From an uncultured Azospirillaceae bacterium (lineage in GTDB: Bacteria; Pseudomonadota; Alphaproteobacteria; Rickettsiales; UBA3002), in NCBI GenBank assembly GCA_964352815.1, contig CAYGTO010000005.1, positions 7,904 through 71,903 of the forward strand: a stretch of 64,000 bases of DNA. Reading direction: 5' to 3'. This document shows positions 50,155-59,808 of this stretch, piece after piece. The notes under the pieces were generated by a model. That model saw nothing but the letters and a program-made list of their open reading frames with translations, was not told where the DNA came from and did not search any database. A program made the position numbers and the translations under genes. The stretch's first letter is position 1. The number at the start of each line of letters is the position of its first letter.

Positions 50155-51459
50155 ATGGCGAAGGAAGAAGTGTCGAGGGGGAAATTGAAAAGATTGTCAG
50201 ATGAGGTCGAAGGAGCCGCGCTGAACGCGCACCATAAGGCAGACAAGATTGTTTTTGCACCACTACGTAACTTTTTGCGCACCGAAGCATCAGGTGGATT
50301 GCTTCTTATTTTAGGAATGATCCTAGCGCTGATCGCGGCGAATACCGAACTGTCGCACTGGTATCATGAAACCATGCACACCCATCTTACGCTGACGATT
50401 GGCGGCTTCGGGATTGATAAGGGCCTGTCGCATTGGATCAATGATGGCTTGATGGCGATCTTCTTCCTGCTGGTTGGGTTAGAGATAAAACGTGAAGTGA
50501 TTGAGGGAGAACTCTCCACCCCGGCACAAGCATTGCTTCCCATTGTGGCGGCGATTGGCGGAATCGCGGCGCCGGCCGGAATTTTCTATTATATGAACAT
50601 GCATGACCCGGTTGCAGTGCATGGCTGGGCGATTCCTTCGGCGACAGATATCGCGTTTGCGCTCGGGATCTTGTCTCTCTTCGGTAAGCGCGTCCCGTTG
50701 GCGCTTAAGTTGTTTTTGACGGCCGTTGCGGTGATGGATGATTTGGCGGCCATCGCGATCATTGGTGTGTTTTACAGTGGTGATTTAAATATGGATGCGC
50801 TGGGGCTTGCTGGTGCGATGATTCTGGTGCTACTATATTTCAACTTTGCACGGTCTTCGCGGATCTGGATCTACGTAATCTTCGGCCTAGTGATGTGGTA
50901 TGCTGTCCTCAAGTCAGGTGTGCATGCGACGCTTGCGGGCGTGGTGCTTGGCTTCTTGATTCCACATGATGCACGCGACAAAGATGGCAAATGTTTTGCG
51001 AACCGTTTGGAGCATGATTTACACCCGTGGGTGGCTTATCTCATTCTTCCTATTTTCGCATTTGCAAATGCCGGAGTCTCGTTCGATGGGCTGAGTATGG
51101 ATTCGTTCAATCACCCCGTAGTGCTTGGGATTACGGCAGGGCTCTTTGTTGGTAAGCAAGTTGGAATTATGGCGATTTGCTATCTTCTCATATTGTTCGG
51201 TTTTGCGAAGCTCCCACGTAATGTGAATTGGGGGCAGTTTTATGCTGCCAGCGCGCTTGCCGGGATTGGTTTTACCATGAGTCTGTTCATTGGCAATCTT
51301 GCGTATACCACTGACCTGCTGCATAATTATGTTAAGCTCGGTGTGCTTTCCGGGTCGCTCCTCTCAACAATCTGGGGAATGATTTTGCTTCAGATAAGTT
51401 TGCCCAAAGCAGGTTTGAGTGAAGCGGAGCGTAATGTCATTACAGAGAAGAACGGGTAA
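50155..51459 (+). CDS. nhaA: Na+/H+ antiporter NhaA
   Basis: 434 aa, polytopic, with the FFLLVGLEIKRE and ATDIAFALG motifs. Confidence 0.9.
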   Translation: MAKEEVSRGKLKRLSDEVEGAALNAHHKADKIVFAPLRNFLRTEASGGLLLILGMILALIAANTELSHWYHETMHTHLTLTIGGFGIDKGLSHWINDGLMAIFFLLVGLEIKREVIEGELSTPAQALLPIVAAIGGIAAPAGIFYYMNMHDPVAVHGWAIPSATDIAFALGILSLFGKRVPLALKLFLTAVAVMDDLAAIAIIGVFYSGDLNMDALGLAGAMILVLLYFNFARSSRIWIYVIFGLVMWYAVLKSGVHATLAGVVLGFLIPHDARDKDGKCFANRLEHDLHPWVAYLILPIFAFANAGVSFDGLSMDSFNHPVVLGITAGLFVGKQVGIMAICYLLILFGFAKLPRNVNWGQFYAASALAGIGFTMSLFIGNLAYTTDLLHNYVKLGVLSGSLLSTIWGMILLQISLPKAGLSEAERNVITEKNG

Positions 51460-52459
51460 AGAGTGCTAATGCCTTTTGGTCTGCTTTCGAGAGTGGCAGA
51501 GAAGGGACCTCTTCATAGTCAATCCAATTTTGACTGTTTTCAAGCCGGTCTGATACCCATTTATACACCTTTGCTTCGAGCTTGAAGTGGCTATAGGTGT
51601 GTTTGATCTGACCGAGATATTGAAGATCAGTCATTCCTGCTTCGCGGCCACCTATCCGCATGATTTTTAGTGGAGGCTCAACTTCAATAAACTGATACAT
51701 GCCCCCTAAAAAGCGTGACTCACGCGGCGTGACATAAATACGCCGATTAATATCCTGCGCGATGATAATGAGTCGTTCACGCGTCGGAACTGATTTCTTT
51801 TGCTTCTTTTCGGGGTACGCCTCTGGGGTGTTTTTGCCTCTGCATAGCATGCTTGCGGGGCACGTGTCGCATTGAGGTGTTTTAGGGGTACAGATCATCG
51901 ATCCGATGTCCATCATCGCCTGGTTATAGGTAAAGGGATCCTCCGTATCGACAAGTGTGTGAGCAGTATTCCATAATTCTTTTTTGCTTGGCGAGCTGAG
52001 GGCAAACAACCGACATAAAACGCGTTTCACATTCGCTTCCATTACTGGGACAGGCTGGTGAAAGGCGAACGTGGCAATCGCATGCGCGGTGTTCTTGCCA
52101 ATTCCGGGCAGCGCCATGAGCTCCTCGATCGTTTTAGGCAGCTCGGGGGCTATTTGTTTCGCTGTTTTATGAAGATTGCGAGCTCTAGAGTAGTAGCCGA
52201 GCCCTTCCCAGGCTTTAAGCACATCCTCTTCTTTAGCGACCGAAAGAGAGGCTAAATTGGGGAATTTTTCCAAAAATGGACCATAAAACCGCTCTAATAC
52301 GGTTTTTACTTGGGTCTGCTGGAGCATGATTTCACTGAGATAAATCGTATAAGGATCATCGGTGTTGCGCCATGGCAGGTCTTTTCGGCCGTGTGCGGCA
52401 TACCATTCGCGTAGTGTATGATGGAAGGCAGATATCTCTTTTTTGGAGAGGGCGGGCAT
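51440..52459 (-). CDS. mutY: A/G-specific adenine DNA glycosylase
   Basis: HhH-GPD region (LPGIGKNTAHAI), Fe-S cluster loop CTPKTPQCDTCPASMLC (Cx6Cx2Cx5C) and a NUDIX-like C-terminus. Confidence 0.9.
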   Translation of the reverse strand: MPALSKKEISAFHHTLREWYAAHGRKDLPWRNTDDPYTIYLSEIMLQQTQVKTVLERFYGPFLEKFPNLASLSVAKEEDVLKAWEGLGYYSRARNLHKTAKQIAPELPKTIEELMALPGIGKNTAHAIATFAFHQPVPVMEANVKRVLCRLFALSSPSKKELWNTAHTLVDTEDPFTYNQAMMDIGSMICTPKTPQCDTCPASMLCRGKNTPEAYPEKKQKKSVPTRERLIIIAQDINRRIYVTPRESRFLGGMYQFIEVEPPLKIMRIGGREAGMTDLQYLGQIKHTYSHFKLEAKVYKWVSDRLENSQNWIDYEEVPSLPLSKADQKALALFTRSSL

Positions 52460-52531
52460 GCGTGGCTAGCTTACAAACTTGGTTTATTTTCTGCTATATG
52501 TTAGGATTTTGTTAGAAGTTACAAGTGTATA

Positions 52532-53338
52532 ATGGGTCTTATGAAATTTCTATTATTTACCATTATCTCGTGCCTCTTGGCGGTTACAGCGCATGCGACA
52601 CAAGCGCTTAAGCCACCTGCGGATTATCATATTGTGATTCTCGGCGACCAGTTTAGTAGCGATGCGGATATGCCAGAGCAGTTTCATTTAAGCACGCTCA
52701 TTGAAGAACAAATTCGTTATTCGATTAAAGAAATTCCTCAATACTCAGCGATGCGCGTCAAAAAACTGCAAGTGACGAACCTTTCTGCGGCGGGCTTGTC
52801 GATTCTGACCGCACCATCTTACGTGGACTACATTACTCAGGTGCGCCCTGACATTGTGATTGTTCAGCTTGGAACCAATGACGCACTAGCGCAACAAGAC
52901 CCATCGCTTCTTGAAAGCGCGTTAGGCCGATTGCTCGTTGATATTCGAGGCGCCTATGCTTATCCAATTCTGGTGAGTATGCGTGCCCCAAAACACGTGC
53001 CGCACTCATATTCTGCGCATTATAACCTTATCTTCGGTAATACAGCAGCGCGCAACAAGGTACATCATGTTCAAGATTACATGAAAGATCTTGAGGGAAA
53101 TTGGGAGCTTTTGATGGCGGATGAAATCACGCCGAATGAGCAAGGAAAGGAAGTGTTAGCAAAAAAACTGACCCCTTATATTCTACAAGCCATACGCGAA
53201 GTTTACGGAAAGCGAATTGAAACTTTCGACCGCGAAAAAGAGCTTGAGCAGCAACGTAAAGCTAAGGCGCGCCAAGAGAAATGGGATAAAATCAAGCGCG
53301 AGGCAGATGAGCGCCGACAGAAAATATGGGGCCAATAA
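52532..53338 (+). CDS. SGNH/GDSL-like hydrolase with a charged C-terminal tail
   Basis: Signal peptide (LLFTIISCLLAVTAHA), block I VILGDQFSS, block III-like GTNDA and a K/R/E-rich C-terminus. ATG 52541 is an alternative start. Confidence 0.6.
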   Translation: MGLMKFLLFTIISCLLAVTAHATQALKPPADYHIVILGDQFSSDADMPEQFHLSTLIEEQIRYSIKEIPQYSAMRVKKLQVTNLSAAGLSILTAPSYVDYITQVRPDIVIVQLGTNDALAQQDPSLLESALGRLLVDIRGAYAYPILVSMRAPKHVPHSYSAHYNLIFGNTAARNKVHHVQDYMKDLEGNWELLMADEITPNEQGKEVLAKKLTPYILQAIREVYGKRIETFDREKELEQQRKAKARQEKWDKIKREADERRQKIWGQ

Positions 53339-53416
53339 TACGCTAGCTATCTGTTAAATGCGCGGTAATGCTTGTTTTTTCCGTTCTAGCATTCTACTCC
53401 TATGGCAATCAACTAA

Positions 53417-55336
<1,920 letters not shown>

Positions 55337-55385
55337 TGAAAGTCGCTAGTTATTAGTCTCTAGTTGTTAGCGACTAACAGCGAGC

Positions 55386-55699
55386 GTCATTCTGAGTGAA
55401 GCGCAGCGCAACGCAACGAAGAATCTCCTTGCGTTTGACGCGATAGATCCTTCGCATTCGCTCAGGATGACGACGTCTCCCGTTCTGCGAGAAGCGAAGC
55501 GACGAAGCAGTCCATTAACATTGTGCATTACGCTTTGGATCGCGCTTGCCCGCTATAGCCTTGGCAAAGGCTGGTCGCCGGCACGATGTGCCTTCTCGCG
55601 AAACGGCATAATCTCGTCATCTCGAACACGGCGCAGCGTGAGCGAAGCAGTGGAGAGATCTTAGATTTCTCCATTCGCGGGGCTCCTGTTCGAAATGAC
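55386..55699 (+). repeat. mosaic of three repeat units (left flank of the RTX gene)
   Basis: unit1 55386-55471 (gtcattctgag...gctcaggatgac), unit2 55472-55615 (cgttctgcgagaagcgaagcgacgaagcagtcc...ccttctcgcgaaa) and unit3 55616-55699 (gtcatctcgaac...gttcgaaatgac). Confidence 0.8.
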
Positions 55700-55815
55700 G
55701 GCGCGAAGCCAGCAGGCGTAGCCCTTCAGTGCGCGGAAGCGCTTAGGCTTATCGTGAGCGCAGAAGCGCGAACGGGAGCGATCAAAAAAACTCTAACCCC
55801 CTGATTTTTCATTTT

Positions 55816-55833
55816 TTGTCATCAAATTGTCAC
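55816..55833 (+). promoter_or_regulatory. Pho-box-like direct repeat (putative PhoB site)
   Basis: TTGTCAT-CAAA-TTGTCAC. 19 of 22 positions are identical to the motif at 47119-47140. GATTCT lies 12 nt downstream. It is 158 nt upstream of ATG 55991. Confidence 0.35.
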
Positions 55834-55990
55834 ATTGTTTGAGGCGATTCTCAGATATACTGAAAGCTGGCTGCTTTTTTCATCATGACCGTTCGGATAC
55901 CCGCGTGGACCGAACCGATGGAGAAAGCTCCGATTCCTACCCGCAAGCGTGGTGCTTGTGTGGGGGATACAACTGTAGGAGACTACTGAG

Positions 55991-57052
55991 ATGAGTAACA
56001 CCATCATCGGTTCCGACGGAGGGGAAACCCTCAACGGAACCAACGGCGACGACGTCATCTTCGGCAACGGGGGCAATGATGTCCTCCGCGGCAACGAAGG
56101 TGATGACACCCTCTGGGGTGGGCTTGGCGTCGACACCCTCTTCGGAGGTGCCGGTGCCGACATTCTTGACGGTGGCTTCCAGACGGGAAGCACCGTTCAC
56201 GTCAACGAGTTCGACGTGGACGGCGACCTCCTGTGCGGGGTCGACCGGACGATCATCTATGTGATCAACGGTGTCGCCCACATGGCCGAGTTCGGTTTCG
56301 AAGACGCCAACGGCAATGGTGTTTGGCTTCTCGACGACGGTGACGGTGTCACCGACTTCGAGGCCCGCCTCGTGCGGGAAACGCCCGATCACGAGCTGTT
56401 CGGCGTTTTCGCCGTCGAGCAGCCGGTCGACCCCGACCCGGTGGAAACGCCGGGCACGGGCGGCGACCCGGACTTTATCGATATCGACATCATCGGCGAC
56501 GGTGATAACGACATCGATATCGACATCGACGGACCGGTGATCGACATCGACATCGACGGCCCCGTGGACGGGGACGTTGACATCGACATCGACATCGACA
56601 ATGGCGATGGGCACGATACGCCCTCTGGTGACGACGAGATCGATTCGCTGGAATCGGCCTGGGTCGAGCTCCTCTACGAGGCGGGTCTGAACCGTCCTGC
56701 GCAGGGCGCCGGCAAGGCGTTCTGGCTCGATGTCTTCGAAAGCTTCGAGGACGCCGAGGAAGGGTCCAACTTCCTCGCCTACCACTTCCTGTACTCTCTG
56801 GAGTTTCAGGAGAATGTGGGAGACGTGGAGACGATGGACTCGTTCCACTTCGTCGGTGCGCTCTACGAGAACGTCCTCGACCGCGAGGCCAAGGCCGGTG
56901 GCCTGGACTTCTGGGCCGGGGTCGATGAGCGTGGCGATTCGAGCGTAGAGACGCGGGTCGAGATCCTGGAGGCCTTCGCGGGAAGCCAGGAGAACATCGC
57001 TCAAGCCGACTTGGCTGGGGAGTATACCTCAGGCGACTTCATCTGGATCTGA
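55991..57052 (+). CDS. RTX (hemolysin-type calcium-binding) repeat protein with a DUF4214-like C-terminal region
   Basis: Five N-terminal nonapeptides (GTNGDDVIF GNGGNDVLR GNEGDDTLW GGLGVDTLF GGAGADILD), an acidic DIDIDID core and a C-terminal LLYEAGLNRPAQGAGKAFWLD...ALYENVLDREAKAGGLDFW segment like DUF4214. AGGAG SD. G+C-rich. Confidence 0.8.
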   Translation: MSNTIIGSDGGETLNGTNGDDVIFGNGGNDVLRGNEGDDTLWGGLGVDTLFGGAGADILDGGFQTGSTVHVNEFDVDGDLLCGVDRTIIYVINGVAHMAEFGFEDANGNGVWLLDDGDGVTDFEARLVRETPDHELFGVFAVEQPVDPDPVETPGTGGDPDFIDIDIIGDGDNDIDIDIDGPVIDIDIDGPVDGDVDIDIDIDNGDGHDTPSGDDEIDSLESAWVELLYEAGLNRPAQGAGKAFWLDVFESFEDAEEGSNFLAYHFLYSLEFQENVGDVETMDSFHFVGALYENVLDREAKAGGLDFWAGVDERGDSSVETRVEILEAFAGSQENIAQADLAGEYTSGDFIWI

Positions 57053-57134
57053 GAAGCGGAACACCGCGACAGGCTAGAGACGTCGAGCCACTGAAGCATC
57101 CCCTCCTTCGGGAGGGGGCGCTTCAAACACTCAA

Positions 57135-57176
57135 GGGGGTGAGGGCCGCAAGGTTCTCCCCCCTCTTTCTTTTGTG
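57135..57176 (+). terminator. putative intrinsic terminator after the RTX gene
   Basis: An imperfect GC stem (gggggtgag...tctccccc) followed by tctttcttttgtg. It is preceded by a stable cccctcc-ttcg-ggagggg hairpin at 57100-57117. Confidence 0.4.
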
Positions 57177-57185
57177 TGGCACTAT

Positions 57186-57469
57186 GGATCCTTCGCATGC
57201 GCTCAGGATGACGATATCTTTCGTTCTGCGAGCGGACACGCAGTGTCAAGCGACGCAGTCCAGCAGAATCTAGCAACACGCTCTGGATCGCGCTTGCCCG
57301 CCGTAGCCTTGGCGAAGGCTGGTCGTCGATGCGTGGCATCTCCTCGCGAAATGTCTAGCATCGTCATTTCGAACGACCGCGCAGCGGGAGGAGAGCCGAA
57401 GCGAAGCTAAATCTCATGATATTGCCCGAGATCCTCACATCGTTCGTTTCACTCGCTCCTCAGGATGAC
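57186..57469 (+). repeat. mosaic of repeat units (right flank of the RTX gene), same order and orientation as 55386-55699
   Basis: 3' half of unit1 57186-57212 (ggatccttcgcatgcgctcaggatgac), unit2 57213-57362 (cgttctgcgag...tggatcgcgcttgcccgccgtagccttggcgaaggctggtcg...ctcctcgcgaaa) and unit3 57363-57469 (gtcatttcgaacg...cctcaggatgac). Confidence 0.8.
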
Positions 57470-57568
57470 GAGATGTGAATGGATCGCTTCGTTGCTCATG
57501 ACATTCGCGCCTCGCGAAATGGCACTTTATGCATTGACTCTAGGCCGCAAACCGTCAAGATTCCTCAC

Positions 57569-58555
57569 ATGCAGATTACTCCCTTCACCCCGCACCCTTA
57601 TGAAACCATCTCCCATCACGTATTCCCCAAGCCCATTGGCGAAGAGGTCTATGCGCAGTGGAACACAAAGCTCGCGCGGGAAGAAGCGCTAGTGACGGAG
57701 CGCATTGCCTATGAGGTGGGCGGTGTGCCCGTCTCGGGGGTGCGTGTGATGCCGGCTCTTGAACCGTCATTGCGAGGGAGCGCCAGCGACCGCGGCAATC
57801 TCCCTCAAGATGACGCCACGCCTCACGAGATTGCCACGCATCCTTCGGATGCTCGCAATGACGATGCTTCCTACCCCCTCATTATCTTCAACCGCGGTGG
57901 CAGTGGCAGCTATGGTATGATCACCACGCTGCAGATCGTCTATCTGCTACATCCGATGGCGAAATTCTGGGGCGGCGCGATTGTGCTGGGCAGTAATTAT
58001 CGCGGGAATGACACCGAGGCGGCGCTGGATGAGCGGCTCGATGAATTTGGCGGCGCGGATGTGGCCGATGTGCTCGCGCTGATCGAGGAAGGCAAGAAAA
58101 TGCCGCAGTGGGATGGGAAGAATATTTTTATGGCTGGCTGGTCGCGCGGCGGCATGATGGCGGCACTGGCGATGAAGCAGGGCGCCGAGCTTACGGCAGC
58201 GGCGGCGATTGGCGGGGCGTTTGATTTAAAGGATATGCTCGAAAAGCGCCCAGGCATGCGCGACACCTATGAGCGGCGGATTGGGATTACGAGCCAAGAA
58301 AAGCTGGAGCAGGATATGCGCGAGCGTTCCGCCATTCACTGGCCCGAGGCGATCAGCGCGCCGTTCCAGCTTCAGCATGGTGATGCGGATGAACAGGTGA
58401 GCGTGGAAGGCGCAAAGCTGCTTGCGGAGAAGTTAGAGGCGATTGGTGCGCCGCATGAGCTGATTCTGCATGCGGGCGGTGATCATTTCTTGAACCGTAA
58501 GCGTGAAGAGGTGCTTGCGCATATTGAGCGGTGGTTTAGAAACTATAAAACGTGA
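57569..58555 (+). CDS. alpha/beta hydrolase (S9 prolyl-oligopeptidase / dienelactone-hydrolase-like) carrying an in-frame repeat insertion
   Basis: Nucleophile elbow GWSRGG, with HGDADEQV and GGDHF near the C-terminus. I preferred start MQITPFTPHP (ATG 57569) over 57479, which lies just after the repeat mosaic. Confidence 0.75.
   Translation: MQITPFTPHPYETISHHVFPKPIGEEVYAQWNTKLAREEALVTERIAYEVGGVPVSGVRVMPALEPSLRGSASDRGNLPQDDATPHEIATHPSDARNDDASYPLIIFNRGGSGSYGMITTLQIVYLLHPMAKFWGGAIVLGSNYRGNDTEAALDERLDEFGGADVADVLALIEEGKKMPQWDGKNIFMAGWSRGGMMAALAMKQGAELTAAAAIGGAFDLKDMLEKRPGMRDTYERRIGITSQEKLEQDMRERSAIHWPEAISAPFQLQHGDADEQVSVEGAKLLAEKLEAIGAPHELILHAGGDHFLNRKREEVLAHIERWFRNYKT
57766..57862 (+). repeat. 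GTCAT...ATGAC element inside the hydrolase CDS, read through in frame
   Basis: gtcattgcgag...ctcgcaatgac (perfect 11-nt terminal inverted repeat), translated as PSLRGSASDRGNLPQDDATPHEIATHPSDARNDD immediately before the conserved YPLIIFNRGGSG strand. Confidence 0.75.
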
Positions 58556-58556
58556 T

Positions 58557-58659
58557 GTCATCCCCGCGACCCGAAGGGCGGCGCAAGCCAACGCGGGGAT
58601 CCAATTAAACAAACTGCGTTCTCTGGGATTCATTAGATTCCCGCTTTCGCGGGAATGAC
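58557..58659 (-). repeat. GTCAT...ATGAC nested-hairpin element (103 nt)
   Basis: gtcatccccgcg...cgcggggatcc ... gattcccgc-tttc-gcgggaatgac. It starts 2 nt after the hydrolase stop. Confidence 0.8.
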
Positions 58660-58667
58660 AATATTAT

Positions 58668-59099
58668 ATGAGTAAACAGCCTACCTTCCTCAATAAACCA
58701 ATGAAGCATATGACGCCCCAAGAATGGGAGTCGCTATGCGATGGTTGCGGGCTATGCTGTCAGATTCAGGTCGAATGCGGTGATTCGGGGGAGCGGGCGC
58801 TGACGAATGCGGCCTGCCGCTATCTGGATTTATGCACGCACCGCTGCAGCGATTATGAGAACCGTCAAAAGAATGTGCCCGATTGCGTCAAGGTGACGCC
58901 GCAGAATATTGCTGAGCTGGATTGGCTCCCTGGCACTTGCGCGTATCGGTTGGTCTATCAAGGCTTTGACCTGCCCGAATGGCATTATTTGATCTGCGGC
59001 GACCGGCAAGAAGTGCACCGCTCGGGCCCGTCGATGAAAGGCGAGCTGATCTCGGAAGATGACACCGACTTTGAAGGGGATGAGGGGCGGAATGTCTAA
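58668..59099 (+). CDS. ycgN: YcgN family cysteine-cluster protein (UPF0260)
   Basis: 143 aa with WESLCDGCGLCC and further conserved Cys residues (CRYLD..C..C). Confidence 0.8.
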   Translation: MSKQPTFLNKPMKHMTPQEWESLCDGCGLCCQIQVECGDSGERALTNAACRYLDLCTHRCSDYENRQKNVPDCVKVTPQNIAELDWLPGTCAYRLVYQGFDLPEWHYLICGDRQEVHRSGPSMKGELISEDDTDFEGDEGRNV

Positions 59100-59106
59100 T
59101 ACACTC

Positions 59107-59190
59107 GTCATTCTGTGGCGAGCATAGCGAGAGCACAGAATCTGATGGAAAGATCCTGTGCAGCCTGCTATCGCAGTCTCACAGGATGAC
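59107..59190 (+). repeat. GTCAT...ATGAC nested-hairpin element (84 nt)
   Basis: gtcattctgtg...cacagaatc-tgatggaaa-gatcctgtg...cacaggatgac. All four arms are variants of one 8-mer. Confidence 0.85.
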
Positions 59191-59206
59191 AATGAAAGGA
59201 AGTGAT

Positions 59207-59560
59207 ATGAAACTGCACGGAATCAAGAATTGTAACACGGTGAAAAAAGCGCTCGACTGGTGCGATACGCAGGGGCTGGCTTATGAATTCCATGACTACA
59301 AGAAGCAATCGCCCGATGAGGCGGTGCTTAAAAGCGCGATGGAGAAATGGGGCTGGGAAAAAGTGATCAACCGCGCCGGGATGACGTGGCGGAAGCTGAG
59401 TGATGATGAGAAAAATGCGGTGAATGATGATGCGTCTGCGATGGCGCTGGCGATGGAGAAACCGTCGGTGATTAAGCGGCCGATTGTGACGGATGACAAT
59501 GGCGCGCCGATGGTGATGGGCTTCAAAGACGCGGAGTATGAAGCGGTGCTTTCCTCTTAA
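59207..59560 (+). CDS. yffB: ArsC/Spx-family reductase-like protein (YffB type)
   Basis: MKLHGIKNCNTVKKALDWC N-terminus, with AAGGAAG SD before ATG 59207. The ORF-track ATG 59186 is the terminal ATGAC of the repeat. Confidence 0.75.
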   Translation: MKLHGIKNCNTVKKALDWCDTQGLAYEFHDYKKQSPDEAVLKSAMEKWGWEKVINRAGMTWRKLSDDEKNAVNDDASAMALAMEKPSVIKRPIVTDDNGAPMVMGFKDAEYEAVLSS

Positions 59561-59562
59561 CT

Positions 59563-59716
59563 GTCATCCTCGGGGCTTTTGTTAGTAGACAAAAGAGCCC
59601 GGGGATCCAGAATCAAAAGGTCAGGAGACCTTTTGATATTCACTGATGTCTACTGACATCAATGAACTAGATTGCCTGGATGCGCTCGCTTGCTACTTGC
59701 TTACCGTGGCAATGAC
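59563..59716 (-). repeat. compound 154-nt element, left inverted copy flanking nadA
   Basis: gtcatcctcgggg[cttttgt-tagtag-acaaaag]..ggggatccagaa[tcaaaaggtc-agga-gaccttttga]..[ttcactgatgtc-tact-gacatcaatgaa]..gattgcctgg...ccgtggcaatgac. Confidence 0.85.
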
Positions 59717-59808
59717 ACTAATCTTACATTCCCGTCATCAAATATTAATTGCGGAAACTTTTTTTCGCGTCATAATGTCAAATATAGTTAATATTCTGGC
59801 AAAGGTTA

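Noticed and set aside
55700-55815. A search for an integrase, transposase, tRNA or att-like site that could explain acquisition of the G+C-rich RTX gene.
   Set aside because: Nothing of the kind is present between thiC and the hydrolase. Only repeat-family units and short non-coding sequence were found.
55937-57004. A 355-aa minus-strand ORF covering almost the whole RTX/DUF4214 gene.
   Set aside because: High GC3 in the plus-strand gene depletes stop codons on the antisense strand. The plus-strand product has clear RTX nonapeptides and an AGGAG SD, and the antisense product has neither.
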